Shown: piece by piece, positions 1 through 9,429 of the stretch
Position numbering within the stretch: position 1 is the first letter of the stretch
Layout of the letters: every line of letters begins with the position of its first letter
Assembly (NCBI GenBank): GCA_964371005.1
Contig: CAYJNU010000002.1
Coordinates: 7,641-58,667 of the forward strand
Direction of reading: 5' to 3'
Length of the DNA stretch: 51,027 nt
From: an uncultured Verrucomicrobiota bacterium
Lineage (GTDB): Bacteria > Verrucomicrobiota > Verrucomicrobiia > Limisphaerales > MWDV01
Translations under genes and position numbers: made by a program
Notes under the pieces: model-generated
What the model was told of the DNA's origin: nothing
What the model saw: the letters and a program-made list of their open reading frames with translations, nothing else
Database searches by the model: none

Positions 1-1
1 G

Positions 2-889
2 CAGAGGGCTGCCGCAGTCCAAAACGCTGGCGCGCCGACGCGAGCGATTTTAGGAGGTCAGGCGGGAAACCTTGTTGCGGAGAACTCTCCTCGCCTCGGA
101 AGTGGCGAGGTCGAATCTTGTCCAAGCCGCAGCTTCAGTTGCGACCGCCTGCTGCTGGCCACGGGCGGTTGCCGAGCGGCGGCACTCGGGCGAATCCCGG
201 TTTCACTGGGCCACACGCTCGAACCGCCCGTGCCGTCGCTGTTCACATTCACCATCGCATCACCCTGGCTGCGGTCGCTCGCAGGCGTGGCGGTGGACGC
301 GGAAGTCAGCGTGCCCGGTTCAAATCTAAGCGAGCGCGGGCCGGTGTTGGTGACGCACTGGGGCCTAAGCGGGCCAGCGATCCTGCGGTTCTCGGCCTGG
401 GGCGCGCGGAAGCTGCACACACTGAACTATCAGTTTCCGCTGCGCGTGAACTGGCTGCCGGGCTTAACGAGCGAGGCAATCACCCGCGAGCTGCAAGGGA
501 AACGCGCGTCAACAGGCGCGAGACTGGTGGTGAACACGCCGGTCGGATCGCTGACGGCGCGCTTGTGGGAGGCGCTGGTCCTGGCCGCCGGCATCCCGCG
601 AGAAACGCGCTGGGCAGCACTGCCACGGGCGTCGCAGGAGCAGCTCGCGCAGCAGCTCGCGCGGACCGAGCTGGGGGTAACCGGCAAGAGCCTGAACAAG
701 GACGAGTTTGTGACTTGCGGCGGCGTGCGCCTCAGTGAGGTCAACTTCAAGACGATGGAGAGCCGGGTTTGCGCCGGACTTCACTTTGCCGGCGAGCTCC
801 TCGACATTGACGGTCTGACGGGCGGCTTCAACTTCCAGGCCGCCTGGACGACGGGCTGGATTGCCGGCCGCGCGATGGCTGCGGATTGA
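2..889 (+). CDS. NAD(P)/FAD-dependent oxidoreductase, HI0933/YhiN (BaiN-like) flavoprotein family; 5' end lies outside the window
   Basis: The frame starting at nt 2 is open from the window edge to the stop at 887-889. The translation contains DRLLLATGG, LGHTLEPPVPSLFTF, VTHWGLSGPAILRFSAWG and ELLDIDGLTGGFNFQAAWTTG, which are typical of the C-terminal two thirds of HI0933-family flavoproteins. Confidence 0.75.
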   Translation, partial: QRAAAVQNAGAPTRAILGGQAGNLVAENSPRLGSGEVESCPSRSFSCDRLLLATGGCRAAALGRIPVSLGHTLEPPVPSLFTFTIASPWLRSLAGVAVDAEVSVPGSNLSERGPVLVTHWGLSGPAILRFSAWGARKLHTLNYQFPLRVNWLPGLTSEAITRELQGKRASTGARLVVNTPVGSLTARLWEALVLAAGIPRETRWAALPRASQEQLAQQLARTELGVTGKSLNKDEFVTCGGVRLSEVNFKTMESRVCAGLHFAGELLDIDGLTGGFNFQAAWTTGWIAGRAMAAD

Positions 890-1131
890 CCACCGCCTGT
901 CAGTCGGTCTGGCGCGCATCTCCGCTTCTTACAGGAGTCAATTCCGGTGGGCGCTGTACCGGCGGGCCTCCGGCCTGCCGCCCGGCGCCCGGGCCGACTT
1001 CAGCACGCCAATGCGGGCGCACGACGACGCCCAGCCGGGCGGCAGGATGCCAGAAAGTGAGATGCGCAGGCCGCTCCGACTTCCCGGCTTGCGCGCTTGT
1101 GTTCGCGGCGGCTTTCGCCTAAACGAAAGGC

Positions 1132-2484
<1,353 letters not shown>

Positions 2485-2541
2485 CCGCGCGAGCGAGGCA
2501 GTTCTGTGGTGAAGATGTCGGCGGGTTGGAGACTCGCGCGA

Positions 2542-3159
2542 TTAACGCCTGTAGAACAACAACCCCAGCGCGAAGGCCAGGCCCAGCAGCAATGCCGCAA
2601 TGACCAGCCGCTTGGGAAAGCGGCCCGCAGGCTTCTCCTTACCGTTGGCCGTGGGTGGTTCTTCGGGCTTTGCCGGCAGGCTTGCCTCTGCCTGCGGCGA
2701 TGCGGTCAGCATCACGGTTCGATCCGACGCGGAGTCCTCCAGGGCAGTGCCGAGTTTGAGCGACGCGTCGGCGGGCGTCTTCGGTTTGCCCTGTTGTTGC
2801 TCGCGCAGATACTCGGCGTACCCGCGGACGGCGGTGAAGTCCGTGGCCGAGTCCGGCTCCGACGGTTCGTCCAGCTCCAGGCGTGCTTCGACGTCACCGA
2901 ATGCCACCACGTCTCCGTGATTCACCGGTCGCTGCTGGTGCTGGAGGCGGACGCCTCTGACGAGGGTCCCGTTGCGGGAGCCGAGATCGCGGACAATGAC
3001 CTCCTCGCCGAACACGAGGATTTCGCAATGCGTGTGGGAGACCGAGGGATCGTGAAGGACGAGTGTGTTGTGGTCGCCCCGGCCAACCGTCGTCTTCTCC
3101 AGGGTGAATTCGTAAACTCGTCCACGGAACTTGTCGCCGCTGAAGATCAGTTTGGCCAT
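2542..3159 (-). CDS. FHA domain-containing protein with C-terminal transmembrane anchor
   Basis: I placed the start at the internal ATG (complement of 3157-3159), giving MAKLIFSGDKFRGRVYEFTLEKTTVGRGDHNTLVLHDPSVSHTHCEI...RDLGSRNGTLV, a canonical FHA core. The C-terminus LVIAALLLGLAFALGLLFY is a predicted TM helix. The upstream 72 codons of the ORF track look non-coding. Confidence 0.8.
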   Translation of the reverse strand: MAKLIFSGDKFRGRVYEFTLEKTTVGRGDHNTLVLHDPSVSHTHCEILVFGEEVIVRDLGSRNGTLVRGVRLQHQQRPVNHGDVVAFGDVEARLELDEPSEPDSATDFTAVRGYAEYLREQQQGKPKTPADASLKLGTALEDSASDRTVMLTASPQAEASLPAKPEEPPTANGKEKPAGRFPKRLVIAALLLGLAFALGLLFYRR

Positions 3160-3460
3160 GGGAACATCGCTCTTCGAGTTTTGCCCAGTCGCCGGGGACT
3201 GGTACCGTGCTGATTGGTTGCGGCCCACTCTGCTCCGTTCGCCGGCGACCGGCGAGACATTTTTGCACAGAGTGCCAAGGCCGGGCGTCTGCCAGGGCTG
3301 ATGGAGCGTAGGTGTGCCCAACCGGTATGGTCGCATGTTGACGCCGGAAATCCTCCTGCCGCCGTGGAATGCCATGGCGCTGCCTCAGCCAACCAACGTC
3401 TTTTCCCCCATTCCCAGGCAACCCTGCGTGTTGACCGCTCACGGGGAAACACCTTACTGG

Positions 3461-3519
3461 AAAACCAGCAGACAAAGCCTTCTTTGATCCGTTTTTTCTG
3501 TCGTTTCTGCTGGTTTTTT
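3461..3519. terminator. A-tract / 8-12 bp stem / T-tract hairpin resembling a bidirectional intrinsic terminator, located inside a divergent intergenic region
   Basis: AAAACCAGCAGA (3461-3472) is the perfect reverse complement of TCTGCTGGTTTT (3506-3517), and the T-run continues to 3519. The loop is long (33 nt), so terminator function is uncertain. Confidence 0.35.
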
Positions 3520-3792
3520 GGGATATGCGACTGCGCTTGATGCGGGTAGAATCATCCCTCGTGAAGGGATTCCGCGTTGCGTTCCGCGCACCCCGCCAGC
3601 ACCCCGTCCGGCGCGGGCAGAACGTTACGAGCATCAGGGTGCTCTCGGGCCACGGCCAGTTTGAGCAGCCAGCGGCGGCAGTCCATTCTGGAAACGTGGC
3701 CGGGCCTCGATCGCAACCCTTTGGAGAAACGAGTTTGTCATGAATACGGATTGAGTTCCTGGGGTGAAGGTCGTGAACTGATCGTCGTTCCG

Positions 3793-6165
3793 ATGCGCAC
3801 CTGTGCCCAATGTGGAGCGAAGCTGACCGAAGTCGGCCCGGCGGGACTTTGTCCCAGGTGCTTCTCGCAAGCGGGGCTGGCCCCGGCAGAAGCCGATGCC
3901 CCACCCGCGCCTGACGCAACGGAGCCGTCGGCCGCCGCTGCCCGGCAAATCAAGCTCCAGCACTTCGGCGACTACGAGTTGTTGGAGAGAATCGCCTCCG
4001 GAGGGATGGGGATCGTCTATAAGGCCCGGCAGGTTAGCCTGAACCGGATCGTGGCGCTCAAAATGATTATGGCCGGCGAACTGGCCAGCGCAGAGGCGGT
4101 GAAACGCTTCCACACTGAGGCCGAGGCGGTAGCCGGTTTGGACCACCCCAACATCGTCTCCATCTACGAGGTCGGGGAGCACGAAGGGCAGCACTACTTC
4201 AGCATGCAATTCGTCGAAGGGCGGAATCTGTCGCAACACGTCGCCGGTGGGCGCAGGCGGTTGCCCTCGCTGGAGGCGGCGCGTCTGCTGGCGAGCGTGG
4301 CTCGGGCGATGCATCACGCGCATCAACGGGGCATCCTGCACCGGGACCTCAAGCCGGCGAACATCTTGGTGGACGCGCATGGTCAGCCCCACGTGACCGA
4401 TTTCGGGCTGGCCAAACAAATAGAAGGGCACGCGGAGCTGACCTTGAGCGGAAAAACGATGGGGACGCCGAAATACAACATGTCGCCGGAGCAAGCCGCT
4501 GGCCCGGGCAGCAAGCTGACGACTGCGGCGGACATCTACAGCCTGGGTGCGGTGCTCTATTTCCTGCTGGCAGGGCGGGCGCCATTCGAGGGTGCGACCC
4601 CTCTGGAGGTGCTCCGGAAAGTAATCGAAACCGAGCCACTTCCACCGAGCGAGATGCTCCGTAGCCAGGGGCGTGCGTCGCCCGCTGCTTCCCCGCCCTC
4701 TCTCCGCCCTCCGCCCTCCGCCGTTGACAAGGATCTGGAGACGATTTGCTTGCTGTGTCTGGAGAAGGACCCGGCACGCCGCTATGCCTCGGCGGATGCG
4801 CTGGCGGATGACCTGGAGCGGTGGTTGCGCCACGAGCCCATCCGGGCACGGCCGAGCAGTTGGCGGGAGCATCTGGCGAAGTGGGTGAAACGTAACCCTG
4901 CGCTGTCGGCGATGGGGGCAATCGCCTTAGTGACGTTGGTGCTGGGCCTCGACTTCTCTTTGTGGACGTCGTCCAAAGAGCGGGTCGCTCGGCAGCGGGT
5001 AGTGGCGGCGGAGCAACAGGCCCAGGCGGAGGCGGGCAAGAGCCAGCAAGTGGCGCTATTCCTCAAGGACATGCTTCGGGGAGTGGGGCCGTCCGTGGCC
5101 AGAGGCCGCGACACGACGCTGTTGCAGGAGATTCTGGACAAAACGGTGGAGCGCGTGGGCAGGGATTTGAAATACCAGCCGGAAGTGGAGATGGAACTCC
5201 GAAACACCATCGGCCAGGTTTACCGGGAACTCGGCAATTACGAGAAGGCCGAGGAGATGCACCGCGCGGCACTGGCGCTGGCCAGGAAACGACCAGCGGC
5301 CCGGCGTTTGGGCGAAGCAAATGCGCTGGCAGGCCTGGGTTGGGCGCTGTGGTCTCAAGGCAGGCTGGAAGAGGCGGAGGCGGCGGCCCAGGACGCCCTT
5401 CACCTGCGCCAAGCACTCCGGGGTGCTGAACATCCAGACGTGGCGGCCTCCTGGCACCAGCTTGCCGGGATTCGGTACCTCCAGAATCGCCTGCCCGAAA
5501 CCGAAGCCTGCGAACGTGCTGCCCTGGCCATGTTGAAGAGATCGGGCGACGACGAGCACCCAGAAGTAGCCGCCGAGTGTCTTGGCGGTCTGGCGTCAGC
5601 ACTTCACAGCCAGGGCAAGTTCGCGGAAGCGGAACCGTTTTGCCGTGTGGCGCTGACTACCGCGAAACAAACGCTCCGTGCCGAACATCCGAGTGTGGCC
5701 GGGAGTCTGGTGGCCCTGGCGATGGTTCTGGCCGATCAGGGAAAGCGCGACGAGGCGGAGTCTCTTTTCCGTGAAGGACTGGCGATGACCCGGAGGCTCT
5801 ACGGGGACGAGCATCAAGAGGTGGCCAGTGTGCTGGTCTTGATTGCTCAAAACCTGTGGCGGCAGGGCAAACTGCCCGAGGCGGAGTCCGTTATGCGTGC
5901 GGCATTGGTGCCGGCCAGGAGTCCAGGCGGTGACGAAACTGGGGCAGCGGCCTCGGCGCTGGTGCAACGAGCCACGGTCCTTCGGCAGGAGGGTAAGTTC
6001 GACGAAGCTGAGTCCACCTTCCTCGAGGCGCTCGCACTTTCAGGCCGGCTTCGGACCCGCAGCAGTAGTGGCGACTCCTGGGCTTCACCTGCCTGGCACT
6101 CTCGTTCCACGATTTGGCCGTGGTGCTCCTCGACCAGGGATGCGCAGGCCGAGCCGTTAAAGTGA
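3793..6165 (+). CDS. Serine/threonine protein kinase with N-terminal zinc-ribbon, one TM helix and C-terminal TPR repeats
   Basis: Start chosen at ATG 3793 (MRTCAQCGAKL...CPRCF). Hanks kinase motifs are present: GGMGIVYKA, VALKMI, HRDLKPANILV, DFGLAK, GTPKYMSPE-like. A TM segment ALSAMGAIALVTLVLGL is followed by more than five TPR_12-like units of the form LxGxEHPxVAxSLxxLAxVLxxQGKxxEAE. The last ~35 codons look frameshifted (see findings). Confidence 0.85.
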   Translation: MRTCAQCGAKLTEVGPAGLCPRCFSQAGLAPAEADAPPAPDATEPSAAAARQIKLQHFGDYELLERIASGGMGIVYKARQVSLNRIVALKMIMAGELASAEAVKRFHTEAEAVAGLDHPNIVSIYEVGEHEGQHYFSMQFVEGRNLSQHVAGGRRRLPSLEAARLLASVARAMHHAHQRGILHRDLKPANILVDAHGQPHVTDFGLAKQIEGHAELTLSGKTMGTPKYNMSPEQAAGPGSKLTTAADIYSLGAVLYFLLAGRAPFEGATPLEVLRKVIETEPLPPSEMLRSQGRASPAASPPSLRPPPSAVDKDLETICLLCLEKDPARRYASADALADDLERWLRHEPIRARPSSWREHLAKWVKRNPALSAMGAIALVTLVLGLDFSLWTSSKERVARQRVVAAEQQAQAEAGKSQQVALFLKDMLRGVGPSVARGRDTTLLQEILDKTVERVGRDLKYQPEVEMELRNTIGQVYRELGNYEKAEEMHRAALALARKRPAARRLGEANALAGLGWALWSQGRLEEAEAAAQDALHLRQALRGAEHPDVAASWHQLAGIRYLQNRLPETEACERAALAMLKRSGDDEHPEVAAECLGGLASALHSQGKFAEAEPFCRVALTTAKQTLRAEHPSVAGSLVALAMVLADQGKRDEAESLFREGLAMTRRLYGDEHQEVASVLVLIAQNLWRQGKLPEAESVMRAALVPARSPGGDETGAAASALVQRATVLRQEGKFDEAESTFLEALALSGRLRTRSSSGDSWASPAWHSRSTIWPWCSSTRDAQAEPLK

Positions 6166-6491
6166 ACCAGGAGGGGGAACTCGCCATCTGAGTGAAGGAC
6201 GCGGAGAACAGCACCACCGCGCCAATGAGCGCGTGCGGCAATCGGGCAGCCGGTTTCTCCGCGCTGAGGGGCGGAGGCCGCGCTGCAACCGATGCCATGC
6301 ACCCAGACAAAAAGCAGGCCACCAACCGAGAGCGACTGAGGCATCGCTTGCCGGCATCGTGCCGGATGATCGGGTCGCCATCGCCAAGCGAGGCTGGATG
6401 GCTTGCAAGCCTTGCCTAGCTGGGCCGTTCCATCCGGAAACATTTTCCTCCCCAGCGCGCAAATCCTTCGCTTTTGGGCGGTTTTTCGCGC

Positions 6492-6507
6492 TGGCACTGC
6501 CACTGCT
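6492..6507 (+). promoter_or_regulatory. Candidate sigma-54 (RpoN) promoter upstream of flgB
   Basis: TGGCAC-tgcca-CTGCT has the GG and GC dinucleotides at the exact -24/-12 spacing (compare TGGCAC-N5-TTGCW and the CTGCA of Klebsiella nifH). It lies 25-39 nt upstream of the flgB ATG at 6531. Confidence 0.5.
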
Positions 6508-6530
6508 CAGCAGAGCGCGGAAAAGTCTGC

Positions 6531-6911
6531 ATGATCGACGCACTGCTCAGTCAACCGAATTATCTGATCGCCAAAAAGGCGCTGGACGGCATTGCCCTGC
6601 GGCAACAAGCCATCGCCAGCAACTTGGCCAACCTCGAAACGCCGGGGTACAAGCGTCTGGACCTGGCCCCCAGCTTCAACGCCGAGCTGGATCGCGCGAC
6701 GAGCTCTCAGAATCCCCAGTTGCTCGAGAGTCTCCGGCCCACCCTGGCTCCTGATCCCAACGCCCCGCCCGGGGGCAGCAACGGCAACAACGTTGACCTT
6801 GAGCAGGAAATGTTGGCCCTGAACCAAAATGCCCTCGCCCACGCCGTGGAAACCCAACTGATCACCGCCACCCTGTCGAAGATGAAACTGGCCATCCTTG
6901 GCAAAGGCTGA
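6531..6911 (+). CDS. flgB: Flagellar basal-body rod protein FlgB
   Basis: Start at ATG 6531 (MIDALLSQPNYLIAKKALDG...). The rod-family N-terminal motif SNLANLETPGYKR is present, the length is 126 aa, and it is the first gene of the flgB-flgC-fliE order. Confidence 0.9.
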   Translation: MIDALLSQPNYLIAKKALDGIALRQQAIASNLANLETPGYKRLDLAPSFNAELDRATSSQNPQLLESLRPTLAPDPNAPPGGSNGNNVDLEQEMLALNQNALAHAVETQLITATLSKMKLAILGKG

Positions 6912-6919
6912 TTCGCCCT

Positions 6920-7345
6920 ATGATTGACATCCTCAACGGTCTCCAAAGCACCCGCGCCGCGCTCAGCGCCGAGCGCTTCCGGTTGGACATTATTTCGCAG
7001 AACATCGCCAACGCCCAGACCACGCGCGGGTTGGATGGCAAACCTTACCAGCGCCAGACCGTGGTCTTTGAAAGCAGCCTCCAACAGGCCATGGGCGCGG
7101 GCGCGCCGCCCCCCGCCCCCCCGCGCCTCGCGCGCGTCGAGAAGGACACGAGCCCCCCGCAGCTTGTTTACAATCCCAACCATCCCGACCACGACGAACG
7201 CGGCTGGGTCGCCATGCCGAACATCAACATCCACGAGGAAATGGCGGACCTGATTTCGGCCTCGCGCGCGTTTGAAGCCAATCTCTCCGTCATCCGCAAC
7301 GCCCGCACCATGGCGATGCAAACCCTCGCGATCGGCAAGCGATGA
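6920..7345 (+). CDS. flgC: Flagellar basal-body rod protein FlgC
   Basis: Contains ISQNIANAQTTRG, PNHPDHDERGWVAMPNINIHEEMADLISASRAFEANLSV, which is a typical FlgC sequence. Confidence 0.93.
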   Translation: MIDILNGLQSTRAALSAERFRLDIISQNIANAQTTRGLDGKPYQRQTVVFESSLQQAMGAGAPPPAPPRLARVEKDTSPPQLVYNPNHPDHDERGWVAMPNINIHEEMADLISASRAFEANLSVIRNARTMAMQTLAIGKR

Positions 7346-7376
7346 CCGGAAACGCCTTTGAACCGCACTGCCAGCC

Positions 7377-7757
7377 ATGATCCCACTCGGCGCCATCGCT
7401 CCCACGCTCGCCAGCGCGAATCTGATGCCGCGCATGGAAGCGCTGTCGGAGCAGATTCCGGGGCTGAACGTGCCGGACCTCAAAGGGCCGGCCGCGACGG
7501 GGCGGATCGCGGGGATCACGCCCGGCCAGGCTTCGGGCGAGTCTTTCGGCAACGTAATCGACCAGCTCGTGCAGGACGTGAACGCGCGTCAGGCCGCCGC
7601 CGGCGAAGCGATGCGCGGGCTGCAGAGCGGCGGCCAGACCTCGTTGCATCAGGCGATCATCGCGATGGAGGAAGCCAGCGTCTCCTTCCATCTCATGGTC
7701 GAGTTGCGCAACAAGCTCCTCGAAGCCTATCAGGAACTCATGCGGATGCAGATTTGA
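7377..7757 (+). CDS. fliE: Flagellar hook-basal body complex protein FliE
   Basis: C-terminal half FGNVIDQLVQDVNARQAAAGEAMRGL...SLHQAIIAMEEASVSFHLMVELRNKLLEAYQELMRMQI matches the FliE family. It sits between flgC and fliF. Confidence 0.85.
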   Translation: MIPLGAIAPTLASANLMPRMEALSEQIPGLNVPDLKGPAATGRIAGITPGQASGESFGNVIDQLVQDVNARQAAAGEAMRGLQSGGQTSLHQAIIAMEEASVSFHLMVELRNKLLEAYQELMRMQI

Positions 7758-7770
7758 AGGGTCACACTGA

Positions 7771-9423
7771 ATGAATCAAAACCTGGCCAAGCTTCTGGGA
7801 CAATTGCGCGAGATTTGGGGTCAACTCGGCGTCAGCCAACGCGCCAGCGTCATCGGCGCCACCGTCGTGCTGCTCGGCGGCTTCATCGGCCTGAGCGTCT
7901 GGTCGGCGCGCCCTCAATTCAGCCTCCTCTACGGCAAACTCTCCGACACGGAATCCGCCAAGGTCATCCAAGCCCTGACCGACGCCAAAGTCCCCTACCA
8001 GATCGGCACCGGCGGCAGCGCCATCCTTGTGCCCGCCGACAAAGTCCACGTGATGCGCATGCAACTGGCCGGGCGCGGCATCCCACGCGGCGACGGCGTC
8101 GGCTTCGAGATTTTCGACAAACCGAATTTCGGCATCTCCGACTTCGTGCAACGCGCCAATTACATTCGCGCCGTGCAGGGCGAGTTGGCGCGCACCATCG
8201 GCCAGATTGACGAAGTGGACTCCGCCCGCGTCATGATCGTGCTCCCCGAGAACCGCCTCCTCCTCGACAAAGACAAACACCCGACCGCCTCCGTGTTTGT
8301 GCGGGTGCGGGGCAGCTCGCAACTCCAGCCGCAATCCATCAATTCGATCCGGTTCCTTGTGGCCAACGCCGTGGAAGGGCTCAAGCCCAATTCCGTCAGC
8401 GTAGTGGACAACCTCGGCAACGTGCTCTCCGAGAACAGCGAGGATGATTCCCTCACCGGGATGAGCACGGGGCAACTCGCCGCCCGCCGCAACCTCGAGC
8501 AATACCTCGCCAAGAAAGCCCAGGACATGCTGGAAAAAGTCCTGGGCCCGGGACAGGCCCTGGTGCGCGTCGCTGCCGACATGAACTTCGATTCCTCCAC
8601 CCGCACCGAGGAGAAATACGACCCGGACAACCAGGTCCTCCGCACCCAGACCAAGGATGAGGAGAACAATGACACGACGACCTCCACCAGCACGGCCGCC
8701 ACAGGCAGCGCCACCAACTCCTCCACCGATACCAACAACACGCAAATCGCCGCCACGCCCGTCAGCAACACCCGCAACAAGAAGTCCACCACGAGCGTCA
8801 CCTACGAACTCAGCAAGGTGACCAGCAACCTGATGCAGGCCGCGGGCAGCATCCGTCGGTTGTCCGCCGCCGTCACCATCGCCGCGCGCACCGAAGGGGT
8901 GGGCGCTGAACGTCAGGTGGTTCCGCGTTCGAAGGAGGACATGGAAAAACTGAAGCGCATCGTGCAGAGCGCCGTCGGGATTCAGACGGGTGCGGACGGC
9001 CAGCGCAACGACGAGATTACCTTGGAAGAGTTGCCGTTCAATGACCAATTCGCCGTGGACCTCACGCGCGAAATGGAGCAGCAGAAGCGGCAGGAGTTCT
9101 GGTGGGAAATCGCCCGCACGGTCGCTTACCCGGCGCTCGGCTTGATCGCGCTGATCACGCTGGTGATGATCTTCAAGCGCACGCCCGTGCAGGAGATTCC
9201 GTTGGGCGTGCCCGTGGGCCGACTCATGCACGCCCGCAACGGAAATGGCAAGGGCCACGGGAATGGCAACGGGGACCGCCTCGCGCATCCCGACTGGGGG
9301 CGCGAACTGCAGCCAGGCGTTGTCACCGTGGACGTGCTCAACCGGTTGGTCAAAGAAAACCCGGCGAACATGACTCAAGCCATCCGCGATTGGATGAACA
9401 AGAGCCGCGCCGCTGAACAATAA
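7771..9423 (+). CDS. fliF: Flagellar M-ring protein FliF
   Basis: 550 aa. N-terminal TM segment, then YGKLSDTESAKVIQALTDAKVPYQ, ELARTIGQIDEVDSARVMIVLPE, a Ser/Thr-rich linker and a second TM near the C-terminus. This is the typical FliF architecture. Confidence 0.93.
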   Translation: MNQNLAKLLGQLREIWGQLGVSQRASVIGATVVLLGGFIGLSVWSARPQFSLLYGKLSDTESAKVIQALTDAKVPYQIGTGGSAILVPADKVHVMRMQLAGRGIPRGDGVGFEIFDKPNFGISDFVQRANYIRAVQGELARTIGQIDEVDSARVMIVLPENRLLLDKDKHPTASVFVRVRGSSQLQPQSINSIRFLVANAVEGLKPNSVSVVDNLGNVLSENSEDDSLTGMSTGQLAARRNLEQYLAKKAQDMLEKVLGPGQALVRVAADMNFDSSTRTEEKYDPDNQVLRTQTKDEENNDTTTSTSTAATGSATNSSTDTNNTQIAATPVSNTRNKKSTTSVTYELSKVTSNLMQAAGSIRRLSAAVTIAARTEGVGAERQVVPRSKEDMEKLKRIVQSAVGIQTGADGQRNDEITLEELPFNDQFAVDLTREMEQQKRQEFWWEIARTVAYPALGLIALITLVMIFKRTPVQEIPLGVPVGRLMHARNGNGKGHGNGNGDRLAHPDWGRELQPGVVTVDVLNRLVKENPANMTQAIRDWMNKSRAAEQ

Positions 9424-9429
9424 TCTGCC

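Noticed and set aside
5847-6503. A minus-strand 218-aa ORF with an internal lipoprotein-like start (MPQSLSVGGLLFVWVHGIGC, ATG at 6344).
   Set aside because: It has no positively charged n-region and no RBS. More than 300 nt overlap the kinase 3' end, whose alternative frames show TPR sequence. It is most likely an antisense artefact.
7762-9420. A 552-aa ORF antisense to fliF, plus similar long antisense or out-of-frame ORFs (e.g. 1315-2463 minus, 3634-4872 minus, 36776-37990 minus, 40984-42381 minus, 45206-46768 plus, 30695-31717 plus).
   Set aside because: Each is fully overlapped by a gene with unmistakable family motifs on the other strand or frame. Their translations are Arg/Gly/Ala/His/Pro-rich with no recognisable domains, which is the usual stop-codon-poor artefact of high-GC DNA.
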